Assembly: GCA_012520995.1 (NCBI GenBank)
Contig: JAAYNI010000071.1
Span: 1,224 to 65,223 of the forward strand
Direction of reading: 5' to 3'
Source: Candidatus Rifleibacteriota bacterium
GTDB taxonomy: Bacteria > Muiribacteriota > Ozemobacteria > Ozemobacterales > Ozemobacteraceae
DNA: 64,000 bases
The position numbers and the translations under genes were made by a program. Of the stretch, positions 47,197 to 57,786 are shown piece by piece. Below the pieces are notes generated by a model. That model did not search any database. It was given only the letters and a program-made list of their open reading frames with translations, and had not been told where the DNA came from. Positions within the stretch are counted from its first letter, which is position 1. Each line of letters begins with the position of its first letter.

Positions 47197-47895
47197 ATGG
47201 ATTATACTAAAAACAATATTACCTTTCTTAAAAAGCTCTTTTTGGGAATAGGCCTTATTTTTTTGCTTTTTGCTTTTTGGAGCATATATTGGCTTGTTAG
47301 CGTTCTTCATTTTGGAGATCTTGTAGCTATTACCAAGACAGAGGCTGGGAAAGAGCAGGACTGGCAGCCTCAGCGAACAGAGAAGGAATATCTTCCATTC
47401 GAACCTGATGAACTTAAAGTTTTTGTTCCTGTTGAGCGAATAAATGCTTATGTCTTGCAGGGAATTGAAGGAAACATAAAAACAAAGTATTTGCATAAGA
47501 CCTTACAAAAAACTTCACGCAGGTCCTCTAAGTCGTCTTTTGCAAAATCAGGGAGCAATTCAGCAGTAAATGAGGCTTTTCGAAAAGATGGCGATGAAGT
47601 TGTAAAAAAACACTTAGTGAATACCGTCATGCGCTTGTCTGACTCTCTAAGACCTTTTGCTAAGCAGAGTGATATAGGACAAGGGCAAATCAGTCGACTT
47701 CTAAGATCCTATCCATTTATTTCTGACGGTTTTTATAAGTCGCCGGATGAATATAAGCCTTTGTCTTATAATGATTTACAAGACTTGCTTAAAGCAGTTT
47801 CCAAAGAACAGAAAAATCTTGTGAAAACTCAGTTGCCGCAAGCAGTTTTTAAGCTTGCAACGACCTTGTCGCCCTTGCCTGAACCTGTTTCTTGA
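47197..47895 (+). CDS. Hypothetical single-TM protein
   Basis: N-terminal hydrophobic helix; start moved to the ATG at 47197 because 47161 lies inside the terminator. Confidence 0.6.
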   Translation: MDYTKNNITFLKKLFLGIGLIFLLFAFWSIYWLVSVLHFGDLVAITKTEAGKEQDWQPQRTEKEYLPFEPDELKVFVPVERINAYVLQGIEGNIKTKYLHKTLQKTSRRSSKSSFAKSGSNSAVNEAFRKDGDEVVKKHLVNTVMRLSDSLRPFAKQSDIGQGQISRLLRSYPFISDGFYKSPDEYKPLSYNDLQDLLKAVSKEQKNLVKTQLPQAVFKLATTLSPLPEPVS

Positions 47896-48140
47896 ACGGG
47901 GTTTTAAAATGCAAAAAGCCATTGTCATATTGAAAAGATTTCTAGCTGATTCTTAAGACTTGTTTTGTATCTTTCAATAGACTTATAACTTTTATCGAAC
48001 TTACAGCGCTTTCTCTTTTTTAATAGTTTTTTCTGCTATAATTTAAGAAGTTGTTTCCTGCTTTCTGCGGCTTTGTTTTGTAATCATAAAATATCTTTGT
48101 TCATAACTTTTAATCTGCGAATTTAAACTCTTTGGCACAA

Positions 48141-48169
48141 TTGACAAAGTCTTGAGCCTGACTTAAACT
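48141..48169 (+). promoter_or_regulatory. sigma70 promoter TTGACA-N17-TAAACT (very short or no leader)
   Basis: The -10 ends 8 nt before the ATG at 48178. Confidence 0.6.
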
Positions 48170-48177
48170 TTAGGTAT

Positions 48178-49800
48178 ATGAATATGAAAAAGAAAAAAAC
48201 TGAGATTCTGCTTTTGCTTATTTCTTTGTTCAGCTTGGCTATTATGCCAGCTACAGCTCAGTCTTATAGACAAACTGGCAGGCGTCTCTTGCAAGATATT
48301 CCGGAGCCGCCAAATGCCTCTAGAGAGCTGGCTTCGCCTGTTCCAGTAGTTTACAACTTTATAGAAGCTTTGACCGAAGGAGAGTTTGATAAGGTTTTAT
48401 CCTATTTTGACGTTCAAACTTTTTTAGAACTGATTTTTGGGCAGAATATTCTCCGGACATTGAATAAAGAGCAATATGGAGAACTTTTTGCTTATCAGGT
48501 TCAGTCTCAGCGCAGCGAATTCAGGTTTCTTTCCAGCATAATTCATAGAGTTGCTGACGGAGCAAGACTTGAGTATTCCGATCCTCGTTATCACGGCAAG
48601 GTTCAAAGTAAAATAGTGGTGCGTATGCTGACTTCTCGCGGCATTTATCTTTTTGAGGTTTATTGCTCCTATAGAAATAATGAGTGGAAAGTATACGATT
48701 ACCAAATGAATAATCAGCGCTTGACACGCGTATTTATTTCTTCTCTTAAAAATGTGCCAGTATCGCAATACATAGCTTTGTTGGGAAAATATTATGGCAA
48801 TGTTCCTATAGACAAGAAAATTAAAAATACCCAGTATGGTATTGAAATGAATGTTCCCTCTTCATTTGATCTTGCTGAGAACGTAAGTCCTGTGTTGCTG
48901 GCTTCTTTAGCTGCTTATAATGGTCACTTTCTTATGCACATGCAGGCTTCGGAATATCCAGAGATTTTGACTCTTCCAAAGGTCGGTCAGGCTATTAAAG
49001 ATACGCTTATGCCTTTCTCGCCGAGGCTTTATGACCAATGGAAAGGTTACATAGCCGATGTTGAAATAGGAAACGTGCTTTTCAACTTTAAACAGGGTGT
49101 AAATACTTTGTATGCCCATATGGTTCTGATACCATTGCGAAAGAATCTGATAATACTTAATTTTTATCACACAAGCTTGGCTCAGATGAAGCACATGAGC
49201 AATCTGCGAGAAGCTATGATTCGCACCTTGGCTCTGCCTTCTGTAACAGGACCTGTCGATGTAGCTCTTAATGAGTTGCCGGAAGAAATAAATATAGATG
49301 ATCCGTTTGGCAGTAATTGGAGCGGTTTTGAAAATGACCCGTTTTTTGCTGATAATGACTTTGGCACTTCTTTTGGTCCCGCGATTTCCTCGACATCGCC
49401 CGCTTCCTCATCAACTTCAACAACAGCTTCAACTTCTGAAACTACAACTTCATCTGCGACTTCCAGCGGTTGGAGTGATGACGATTGGGCCACAGAGGAC
49501 GAAGGCTGGGGAGATGATAATTGGAGCAGCAGCTGGGGTGATGACACTTCTTCTTCTGCCACTTCAACTACTACTTCCTTTGATGATGATGAGTTCAGGC
49601 CTGACACTACCACAGTAACTCAGGAACCTTCATCTGAGACCTCTGGAAGCAGCGAAGATTATGGCGGCTATGAAGATTACAGCGGATATGATGATTACGG
49701 GGATTATGACGATTATGACTCAGATGGTTATGATAGCTATGATAGCTATGATAGCTATGACAACTATGGCGGGTATGATTCAGAGCCTATAACCTTTTAA
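48178..49800 (+). CDS. Exported protein: MlaC/Ttg2D-like domain, second globular domain and acidic Ser/Asp/Tyr low-complexity tail
   Basis: Signal peptide; YFDVQTFLELIFG..LNKEQYGELF and EWKVYDYQMNN resemble MlaC motifs; tail with (YDS)n. Confidence 0.65.
   Translation: MNMKKKKTEILLLLISLFSLAIMPATAQSYRQTGRRLLQDIPEPPNASRELASPVPVVYNFIEALTEGEFDKVLSYFDVQTFLELIFGQNILRTLNKEQYGELFAYQVQSQRSEFRFLSSIIHRVADGARLEYSDPRYHGKVQSKIVVRMLTSRGIYLFEVYCSYRNNEWKVYDYQMNNQRLTRVFISSLKNVPVSQYIALLGKYYGNVPIDKKIKNTQYGIEMNVPSSFDLAENVSPVLLASLAAYNGHFLMHMQASEYPEILTLPKVGQAIKDTLMPFSPRLYDQWKGYIADVEIGNVLFNFKQGVNTLYAHMVLIPLRKNLIILNFYHTSLAQMKHMSNLREAMIRTLALPSVTGPVDVALNELPEEINIDDPFGSNWSGFENDPFFADNDFGTSFGPAISSTSPASSSTSTTASTSETTTSSATSSGWSDDDWATEDEGWGDDNWSSSWGDDTSSSATSTTTSFDDDEFRPDTTTVTQEPSSETSGSSEDYGGYEDYSGYDDYGDYDDYDSDGYDSYDSYDSYDNYGGYDSEPITF
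49729..49767 (+). repeat. Coding 9-bp tandem repeat (TATGATAGC)x3 plus a degenerate unit
   Basis: Encodes YDSYDSYDSYDNY. Confidence 0.85.
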
Positions 49801-49805
49801 CTTTT

Positions 49806-49848
49806 CAGAATAAAAAGACGGGCTTTAAAAGCCCGTCTTTTTATTCTG
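49806..49848. terminator. Bidirectional terminator between convergent genes
   Basis: 21-bp perfect inverted repeat CAGAATAAAAAGACGGGCTTT / AAAGCCCGTCTTTTTATTCTG. Confidence 0.88.
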
Positions 49849-51412
49849 CGAAAGAAGAACCGTCACGTCTGAAATCGCCGAATGCTTTGAGCTGTCTGAT
49901 GTTAGAGTCTTTTAATATTAAGCATTCCAAGCCAAAATAGTCTTCGCCATAGTTTCTGTGATTTATTTTTGGATAATCTATGAGGGGCTCTATTCCTTCT
50001 GGATTACTTTCCAAGTGAAGAATTTGTTTGTGATCCATAAAAAAGCGCAGCCTGGAGAGCATATTTTTATCTGTTTGATTTGATAGTAATTGGCCTAGCA
50101 ACAAACCTGTGTTTTGAATTATTCTGTCTGAACCGGCGCCGCCTAAGGCAGCAAAAAGCTGTCTGTTTTTTAAGACAATAATAGGGGACTTGGAGGAAAT
50201 GGGTCCCAACTTTTTTGAATAATCATCAGGATAGTCTGCTACGGCTTTTGTATAGTTTTTGAGTTCATTATTGTAGAAAAAACCGCATGGAGAAAGTTCT
50301 TGGGTTCCAAAATGACTGCCTAAAGTAAGAGTCATTGAAACTGCATTTCCAAAGCTATCCCAGACGCAAATGTGGGTGGTGTTGGAAGCTTCTGCCAATA
50401 TTTTTTCTGAGTTTGCAGGGTTACAGTTATCAGGAATGAGCTGAAAGAGTTCATAGGGGTTGTGAGCATAAAAGGCTAGGCTTGAGTATCTTTCTTCTAA
50501 AAAGGGTCTGGAGAATTTTGCCAAGAGAAAAGAATTGTAAGGAGAATCGTCAGAGAGGTCTAAGCCTGAAGCATCCAGAGCAGTGCCCAGTTTAATTGCT
50601 ATGAGAGAGCTTGAGGGTGGGAGAGTGCCAAATATATCAAAGTTTTCATATTCTACTCGCAAAGGCAAGGTGAGTTTTGGATTGTAACGGACAAAATCTG
50701 TGAACCTGTAACCAGAGCCCTTAATTTTAAGATCTTCAAGAATTGCTTTTGCAGTCTGACCAGAATAAAAGGATTTATTAGAGTCGCTTGCCATTTCTTT
50801 TAAAGTAGTTGCCAAGATTGGTTGCTTGAAAATTTCTCCTGCCTTTAAATTGGAACCGGTTAAAAGAGAGAGAGCCTTTTTATCTTTTATTTTAGGGATT
50901 GTTTTTAAAGCAACTGTTTCTAAATAAGGTGTGACTTTAAAACCCTCTTCAGCATAGTTTATGGCTGGTTTTAAAATTTCTGAATACGGCATTGTGCCGT
51001 GATTTTTAAGCATTTGTAAAAGCAAAGCCGGCAAAGCAGGCAAGCCAGCGTAAGAAGTGTTTGGGGCAGAGGGGCGAGTGATTGAGCCGTCATAGGCGAA
51101 AATTCTATTTTTGCCGTATATGTGCTGAGAAACAAGAGCGAATCCGTCGCCGCCTATTCCTGAGTTGCTGAAATCAACAACTCCTAGTACAAAAGCTGCA
51201 GATACTGCCGCATCAATTGCGTTCCCTCCTTTTCGCAAAATTTCAGCCGCAGTTTTGGTTGCCAAGGTATGACCTGAGGATACGGCATATTTTTCGCCTA
51301 TAGCATAAAAAGTTCTTTCGGATCCGCTTATTTGGCTAGGGAAAAAGAGGGGCAGAAGGAATAAAAATGCGATAAAATAGTTGAAACTATGATTTTTTTT
51401 TATATTACTCAT
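49841..51412 (-). CDS. ggt: Gamma-glutamyltransferase family protein (exported)
   Basis: GGNAIDAAVSAAFVLGVV, SGIGGDGF, autoprocessing NTTHICV, GFFYNNE, PISS.SP, LGGAGS, D.RRDG. Confidence 0.88.
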   Translation of the reverse strand: MSNIKKNHSFNYFIAFLFLLPLFFPSQISGSERTFYAIGEKYAVSSGHTLATKTAAEILRKGGNAIDAAVSAAFVLGVVDFSNSGIGGDGFALVSQHIYGKNRIFAYDGSITRPSAPNTSYAGLPALPALLLQMLKNHGTMPYSEILKPAINYAEEGFKVTPYLETVALKTIPKIKDKKALSLLTGSNLKAGEIFKQPILATTLKEMASDSNKSFYSGQTAKAILEDLKIKGSGYRFTDFVRYNPKLTLPLRVEYENFDIFGTLPPSSSLIAIKLGTALDASGLDLSDDSPYNSFLLAKFSRPFLEERYSSLAFYAHNPYELFQLIPDNCNPANSEKILAEASNTTHICVWDSFGNAVSMTLTLGSHFGTQELSPCGFFYNNELKNYTKAVADYPDDYSKKLGPISSKSPIIVLKNRQLFAALGGAGSDRIIQNTGLLLGQLLSNQTDKNMLSRLRFFMDHKQILHLESNPEGIEPLIDYPKINHRNYGEDYFGLECLILKDSNIRQLKAFGDFRRDGSSFAE

Positions 51413-51482
51413 AAAATCTCTCTTTAATAATTTTTATGTTCGGGGTATATAATACTATAAAATAAACAGGAAAAAATTGCAC

Positions 51483-54400
51483 ATGAACACCAAATACCAT
51501 GAGTTTGTACACCTTCATGTTCACAGTCATTACAGCCTGCTAGACGGCGCTGCTCCAGTCAAAGGCATAGTAGACTTGGCTCATAAATATAATATGTCTT
51601 CTGTGGCTATAACAGACCACGGAAATATGTTTAATGCTGTTGAATTTTATCAGTATGCTTTGAAGCGCGGCGTAAAGCCAATTATCGGTTTTGAAGCCTA
51701 TATAAGCGCTGGATCCAGATTTGAGAAAAATAGAAATATCCCTCTTCATCACGTAGTTTTGTTAGCCAGAAACAATGAAGGCTATAAGAACTTGGTGAAG
51801 TTAGCGACCAAAGGCTACACAGAAGGTTTTTATTATAGACCTAGAATAGATCACGAACTTCTCGCCGAACATTCCGAGGGTTTAATAGCCTTGGGAGCTT
51901 GTTTGGCAGGAGAGGTTCCAGCTGCTTTGCTTGAAAACGACATGGATAAAGCTGTTGCAGCTATCAAGCGTTATCAGGATATTTTAGGAAAAGAAAATTT
52001 TTATGTGGAGTTGCAAAATCATGGAATGCCGGAGCAAATTCGCATATTGGAACCCCTAGTGGAAGCGGCAAAATTGGCAGGAGCGCCAATTTGTGCAACT
52101 AATGACAGCCATTATCTGCTTCCGGAAGATTGGGAAGCTCAAGATGCTTTGCTATGTTTGGGAACAAACGCGAAGCTGGAAGACGAAAAAAGATACAGAT
52201 TTCCATCCCGTGAATTTTATTTCAAAACAGCCCAAGAAATGGAACGGCTTTTTGAAAAGTGGCCGGAAGCTATCCGTAATACCAGAATTATTTCTGAGCG
52301 CTGCAATGTACAGCTGACTCTTGGAAAGTCGATTTTGCCGCATTTTGATTTGCCGCAAGGCAAAACAGCAGACAGTTACCTTGCTGAACTTTGCCATGAT
52401 GGCTTTGTAAAACGTTATGGCACTAGAACTCCCGGTGAAGAAATTCAAAAGAGATTGGATTATGAACTGTCTGTTATCAGGGATATGGGCTTTTCTGATT
52501 ACTTTCTTATAGTTTGGGATTTTATAGAAGCAGCCCGAAGAATGGATGTTCCTGTCGGACCGGGACGAGGTTCAGCAGCTGGTTCAATAGTTGCCTATTT
52601 GCTTGGAATCACAGACGTAGACCCGCTGAAATACGGCTTGCTTTTTGAAAGATTCCTTAATCCTGAGAGAATCAGCATGCCCGATATTGACGTTGACTTC
52701 AGTGATGAAGGCCGTGACAAAGTGGTTGAGTATGTTAAAGAGAAATATGGCAGAGATCGTGTTTCTCAGATCATAACTTTTAACTTTATGCTGGCTAAAA
52801 TGGCTATCAGAGACGTAGGCAGGGTTTTGGGTGTTGATTTGGCAGAGGTTAACAGGCTGGCTAAATTGGTACCTGATAAACCTGGCATTCACTTGAAAAA
52901 ATGTCTGCAAGAAGTTCCAGAGTTAAAAGATATTCTTGCTAATGGTACACCTGAGGAAAAGAAACTATTGGATATTGCTTCCAAGGTAGATGGACTTGCA
53001 AGACATACGGGTGTACACGCATGCGGTGTTGTAATTTCATCAGTAGACTTAATGGATATAGTTCCGCTTTATGTTGATAAAGATAAAAACATCGTCTCTC
53101 AATATGAGAAAAAGGCGATTGAATCTATTGGCCTTCTTAAAATGGACTTTTTAGGTTTGAAAACTTTAAGTATCATTAAGAGAGCTTTAGAAAACATAAA
53201 GCAAACAACAGGCAAAGATATTGATCTTGATAATATTCCCCTTGATGACAAGAAAACTTATGAGCTTTTGCAAAAGGCTTGGACGCTAGGTGTCTTTCAG
53301 CTGGAATCTGATGGCATGAGAAAGGTCGTTGCCAGCCTTCAGCCGAGCGTTTTTGAAGATATTATAGCACTTTTGGCTATTTATAGACCTGGTCCGCTGA
53401 ACTCAGGAATGGTCGATGATTTCATTGAACGTAAACATGGCAGGAAAGAGTTAGCTTATCCGCACCCTGATCTTGAGCCGGTTTTAAAAGATACCTATGG
53501 CGTTTATCTCTATCAAGAACAGGTTATGCAGACTTCAAATATTCTGGCTGGTTTCACTATGGGACAAGCAGACAGTTTGCGTAAAGCTATGGGAAAGAAA
53601 ATACCGGCTGCCATGCAGGAAATGAGCAAACTCTTTGTAGAAGGAGCAGTTAAAAAAGGCCTAACAGAAGAAAATGCTCAAGGCATATTTGATCTCATGG
53701 CTGGCTTTGCGGAATATGGTTTTAACAAGTCCCACTCTGCGGCATATGCTGTAATAACTTATAGAACTGCATATTTAAAGGCTTATTATCCTGTTGAATT
53801 CATGGCGGCGATCCTTTCTTCAGAATTGGATAATACTGACAAGTTGGCAAAATATACTGAAGAATGTAAAACTATGAAAATAGAAGTTTTGCCGCCGGAT
53901 ATTAATGCTTCGGGTCTCTATTTCGGAGTAGAAAATGGGGCTATCAGGTATGCTCTTGGAGCTTTAAAGGGTATAGGAACAGGAGCTGCTGAGTCTATAG
54001 CCAAGGAACGTGAAAAGAACGGTCCCTATCTTTCTTTCTCGGATTTTATTCACAGAGTTGATTCTTCACAGGTTAATGCCAGAGTCATGGATGCCCTTAT
54101 TAAATCAGGAAGCTTTAATTGCTTTAATCTACGTAAGAGCCAGCTTTTGCTTATGTCTGTCGATGCTTTGAAAACTGCTCAGCAGACTCAAAAAGAGAGA
54201 AGCAAGGGGCAAGTCACCTTCTTTGACTTGTTCGGTTCAGAAGCTAAAGGCATGGGAAGTATAGAGATTAAAGCTCCAGATGTTCCTGAGCTTTCTGAAA
54301 AAGAACTATTGATGTTCGAAAAAGAAATTTTCGGCTTTTATTTCAGCAATAGTCCTTATAAGTCTATAGCGCCTATAGGAGATGCTTTTGCTACTCATTC

Positions 54401-55010
54401 GGTTTCCTTCCTGAAAGAAAACGCAGTAGAAACCTCTTGCCGTATTGCTGGCATATTAACTTCATTTAAGCGGCACATTACTAAAAAGGGTGACGCTATG
54501 GCTTTTTTGACCCTTGAGTCGGACAACGCTTCCATAGAAGTCACAGTTTTTCCTCGAACCTATGCTGATTGTTCAGCAAAACTAGTAGTCGATGAGCCTA
54601 TATTTGCAGCAGTGACTACTGAGGTGGTAGATGATACTGTAAAAGCAATTGCGGAGGATATATATTCTGCAAGTGACTTTGAAAATCCCGATTTTGTAGA
54701 TGTGCTTTTCAAAATTCCTAGTGACAAGGCAAATCGTGAAACCTATGAGAATCTCTTGCCTCTGTTGCAAAAACATCCAGGCGCTTTAAAAGTAAACATG
54801 AAAATCTGCAGCGGTGATGAAAACAAGAAAAACGTATATATAGAATTACCTGACAGATTTAGGGTCAAACTATCTCCTGTAGTAGTTAAGAGTTGGCAAG
54901 ATATTTGCGGAAAAAATTCGGTTCAGTTGGCTTTCCCTGAAATAGAACGTAAGCTTGAGACTTCAAGGAGACGACGTAATTTTAAACCTAAGCAAAGAGA
55001 AGCGGCATGA
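51483..55010 (+). CDS. dnaE: DNA polymerase III subunit alpha
   Basis: FVHLHVHSHYSLLDG PHP domain, GPGRGSAAGS, FERFLNPER.SMPDIDVDF, KMDFLGL, YGFNKSHS, OB fold; no intein seen. Confidence 0.98.
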   Translation: MNTKYHEFVHLHVHSHYSLLDGAAPVKGIVDLAHKYNMSSVAITDHGNMFNAVEFYQYALKRGVKPIIGFEAYISAGSRFEKNRNIPLHHVVLLARNNEGYKNLVKLATKGYTEGFYYRPRIDHELLAEHSEGLIALGACLAGEVPAALLENDMDKAVAAIKRYQDILGKENFYVELQNHGMPEQIRILEPLVEAAKLAGAPICATNDSHYLLPEDWEAQDALLCLGTNAKLEDEKRYRFPSREFYFKTAQEMERLFEKWPEAIRNTRIISERCNVQLTLGKSILPHFDLPQGKTADSYLAELCHDGFVKRYGTRTPGEEIQKRLDYELSVIRDMGFSDYFLIVWDFIEAARRMDVPVGPGRGSAAGSIVAYLLGITDVDPLKYGLLFERFLNPERISMPDIDVDFSDEGRDKVVEYVKEKYGRDRVSQIITFNFMLAKMAIRDVGRVLGVDLAEVNRLAKLVPDKPGIHLKKCLQEVPELKDILANGTPEEKKLLDIASKVDGLARHTGVHACGVVISSVDLMDIVPLYVDKDKNIVSQYEKKAIESIGLLKMDFLGLKTLSIIKRALENIKQTTGKDIDLDNIPLDDKKTYELLQKAWTLGVFQLESDGMRKVVASLQPSVFEDIIALLAIYRPGPLNSGMVDDFIERKHGRKELAYPHPDLEPVLKDTYGVYLYQEQVMQTSNILAGFTMGQADSLRKAMGKKIPAAMQEMSKLFVEGAVKKGLTEENAQGIFDLMAGFAEYGFNKSHSAAYAVITYRTAYLKAYYPVEFMAAILSSELDNTDKLAKYTEECKTMKIEVLPPDINASGLYFGVENGAIRYALGALKGIGTGAAESIAKEREKNGPYLSFSDFIHRVDSSQVNARVMDALIKSGSFNCFNLRKSQLLLMSVDALKTAQQTQKERSKGQVTFFDLFGSEAKGMGSIEIKAPDVPELSEKELLMFEKEIFGFYFSNSPYKSIAPIGDAFATHSVSFLKENAVETSCRIAGILTSFKRHITKKGDAMAFLTLESDNASIEVTVFPRTYADCSAKLVVDEPIFAAVTTEVVDDTVKAIAEDIYSASDFENPDFVDVLFKIPSDKANRETYENLLPLLQKHPGALKVNMKICSGDENKKNVYIELPDRFRVKLSPVVVKSWQDICGKNSVQLAFPEIERKLETSRRRRNFKPKQREAA

Positions 55011-57784
55011 GAATAATTAGAGCTGTTTGTTTAGTTATTGCGATTTTTCTTTTGCCTGTAAATGTTCAAGCTAAAGGCTTTGAAGGAAAGATAAACAGAA
55101 CTTCGGGCAGATATTCACTTTATAAAGGCAACTCTTTTCGCTTGCTCTTTCCCGAAGCTATGAAACCGAGAATCGCTGCTATAGCTTCTCTTCTGGAGAA
55201 ACAAACAGCTTTTGTAAAAGAGCAGTTTCCTGATTTGGCTGCCGGTTATCCTTATTTGTTGGTCGTAAAGAATAACTCTGAAATTTCAGACTTTGACGAT
55301 GATATGAAGATTTTCGGGTTTGAGTTGAATCCACACTATATACCCGGTTACGTTTCAATTTCATATGAGACCACCTCACAAAACTGTGCTTTTCAGCTTG
55401 CTAAAAAGCATATATTAGAACTTGTAAACTCTTCTAAAAACCTTTGGTCAAAAGGGCTTGCAATTTTGAAAATACCGAGATGGTTTCTTTTTTCAGCTGC
55501 AATGAATTTGTCTTATTCCCAAGAGCCCTTTCAAAAAGCTATGGTTATGAGGCTTTTTAAAAATGGCAATTATTATTCTTTGAAAGATATGGACAAGTTT
55601 ATTTCTGAGCCTCCTATGAAACAAGCAGAATTGCTTGCTCAGGGACACGCAATGCTTGAGTTTTGGGAAAAGCAATATGGCAAGGGTTCAATGATCAAGA
55701 TAATTAATCAAACAGGCCAAGGCAAGGCATTCAGAAAAAGTTTTGAAAGTGTTTGCGGAATTTCTTTGCCTCAAGCTTTTACCGAATTCAAGGAAAAGGT
55801 CTCAAAAGACCTTGATACTATAGACAAAGCTTCTTTTTGTCATTTTAACACATTGGAAGAAAAGGAATATTTGTTTGAAGGGGAACTTGTGCGTTCCTTT
55901 GTTAAAATAGCTGACAACTCTTATGCTTGGGCTTCTAATTCAGACTATGAACAGGAAAAATATGATTTGTACATTAAGCAGTCTGGAGAACCGCCTAAAA
56001 GAGTCGCACAAAATATACATCCATTTCTATTTGCAAGCAAAGGCAAGCTTTTTTTTGCCAGACTGGCATTAGATAAGAGAACGGTAAAAAGGCTCTTTAT
56101 TTCTTCATGTGATCAATACGGAAGGAAGATGATTAAGAGCAATATGCCTGGCAGTTTTTATCCTTTGGCTGAACATGATGGAAGAATTTATTTTCTTTCG
56201 ATAGCTGATTATACTCTTTCATTACTATCTGCGAACTTTGATAATTTTAATGATGTCAGGCAAGAATATCATTTCCCTGCTCATATTTCACCTCTGGCTT
56301 TTGCTTATGATCCGGATAACAGAAAACTGTATTTTTCCCAAGAAACTCATCCTTCTTCCTCAGAGATTTACTCCGTAGACTTGATGGATTCAGAGCCGGT
56401 ACCCTTGAAGGTTCTTTCTTTTGACTCATTACTCAGAGTTATGACTTTTGCTTCTGATTCTCTTTGGTTTGTAGCTCCATCAAAATTAGTTGGATTTTCT
56501 CTTTTTTCATTTGAACCTTCTGAAGATAAAGTGACAGAAGTTCTTAGAACAGCTTCGGGAATAACAGATATTTCTTTTTTGGGTGATGAGCTTTATTTGT
56601 CTGCGCTTGTTGAGAAGGGCTTAAGGCCTTGCTCTTGGAGCTCTAGAGAATTTTGTGAATTTGAGCCTGAGGAAAAAAAAGTTTCTGAGCCTCTCGAGCT
56701 TTTTACAGCAAATATAGAATCAGAGAAAACTTCAACTTTGCAAGATGATTTATCTGATAGTTATGAGCCTTACAGTGCCGTCTTAAACAAAGAATATATA
56801 AGGCCTATGGTTTCGGAGGATCCTGCCGGCAAAGTCTTTGGAGCTTTTAGTATTTTTTCTGATGTTTTGGGAAGAGAAACTTTTAATTTTGCTCCTACAT
56901 ATGGCTTGTCCAGTCGTAAAAAAGGCTATCTTGTAAGGTATGGCAAGAAGTTTTTTGATATTTCTCTTAATTTGTCATTTTCTAATTACACATTAAAAGA
57001 ATCTTATCTAGGAAACAGCTATTTTTCTGAAAGACGCTCAATAAATCCCGAGATAGAATGGGTTTTAACTCCTGCAACTCTGTTTACGGTAGGAGCAGAT
57101 CGGAAAAGAGTCACAAGTATTAAGGATAGATATCAGGATGCTTCTGTACCAATGCCAAGCAGCGGACGTGATCATTCTCTTTATTTTGTTCTTCAGCATG
57201 AATATATCAGACCTGATTTGTACAGTGACCTGTTGCCGAGAAAAGGCGTGAAAGGTGAAATCGCTTTTGCTAAAGGTTCGCCTCACATTTTTGACGGAGA
57301 ATTCAATTATGATGCTTTAAGAGCTTCATTTAATCAATATTTTCCTCTTGGTTATAATAGAGTTTTTTCTATATCCCTGAAGTATGGGAGAGACAAGAAA
57401 AGAGATGGTTTGAGAAGACCTGCTGACTTGTCAGTTGGTGGTAACGATATGTTAATGGCTTTTGATGATTCATTTAGAAGCGGTGACAGGCTTAAGTATG
57501 CGTCAGTGTCCTTGGCTGCTCCATTTGAGCTGCAAGCGCCGAAGTTTTTACGCTTTTTTGTCAGCACATACAGCTTTTTCTCGCTGTTCTTTGAAGTTGG
57601 CGACGCTACTGATTCAGATTTTGATTATGCAAGGGATATGGGTGCTGAAATCCAATCAAAAATTCTCTTGTTTAGGCAAGTGCCTTTGGTTTTAAGAGTG
57701 GGACATGCCAGAGCTTTGGACGTGAGTCGTTCCAACTCTTATTTTTATGTCGACTTTTCACCCCTTGCACAGCTTTTCCGCTAA
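55007..57784 (+). CDS. Outer-membrane protein: degenerate peptidase-MA-like domain, beta-propeller-like middle and Omp85/BamA-like barrel
   Basis: Signal peptide; IPRWF and EFWEKQYG helical domain; SDVLG; PRKG..GEI; FNQYFPL; LSVGG.DMLMAF....SG; LFFEVG; MGAEI; amphipathic terminal strands. Confidence 0.6.
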   Translation: MRIIRAVCLVIAIFLLPVNVQAKGFEGKINRTSGRYSLYKGNSFRLLFPEAMKPRIAAIASLLEKQTAFVKEQFPDLAAGYPYLLVVKNNSEISDFDDDMKIFGFELNPHYIPGYVSISYETTSQNCAFQLAKKHILELVNSSKNLWSKGLAILKIPRWFLFSAAMNLSYSQEPFQKAMVMRLFKNGNYYSLKDMDKFISEPPMKQAELLAQGHAMLEFWEKQYGKGSMIKIINQTGQGKAFRKSFESVCGISLPQAFTEFKEKVSKDLDTIDKASFCHFNTLEEKEYLFEGELVRSFVKIADNSYAWASNSDYEQEKYDLYIKQSGEPPKRVAQNIHPFLFASKGKLFFARLALDKRTVKRLFISSCDQYGRKMIKSNMPGSFYPLAEHDGRIYFLSIADYTLSLLSANFDNFNDVRQEYHFPAHISPLAFAYDPDNRKLYFSQETHPSSSEIYSVDLMDSEPVPLKVLSFDSLLRVMTFASDSLWFVAPSKLVGFSLFSFEPSEDKVTEVLRTASGITDISFLGDELYLSALVEKGLRPCSWSSREFCEFEPEEKKVSEPLELFTANIESEKTSTLQDDLSDSYEPYSAVLNKEYIRPMVSEDPAGKVFGAFSIFSDVLGRETFNFAPTYGLSSRKKGYLVRYGKKFFDISLNLSFSNYTLKESYLGNSYFSERRSINPEIEWVLTPATLFTVGADRKRVTSIKDRYQDASVPMPSSGRDHSLYFVLQHEYIRPDLYSDLLPRKGVKGEIAFAKGSPHIFDGEFNYDALRASFNQYFPLGYNRVFSISLKYGRDKKRDGLRRPADLSVGGNDMLMAFDDSFRSGDRLKYASVSLAAPFELQAPKFLRFFVSTYSFFSLFFEVGDATDSDFDYARDMGAEIQSKILLFRQVPLVLRVGHARALDVSRSNSYFYVDFSPLAQLFR

Positions 57785-57786
57785 TC

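Noticed and set aside
51483-55010. Intein or split in dnaE
   Set aside because: Length and motif spacing are normal; no intein boundary motifs seen.
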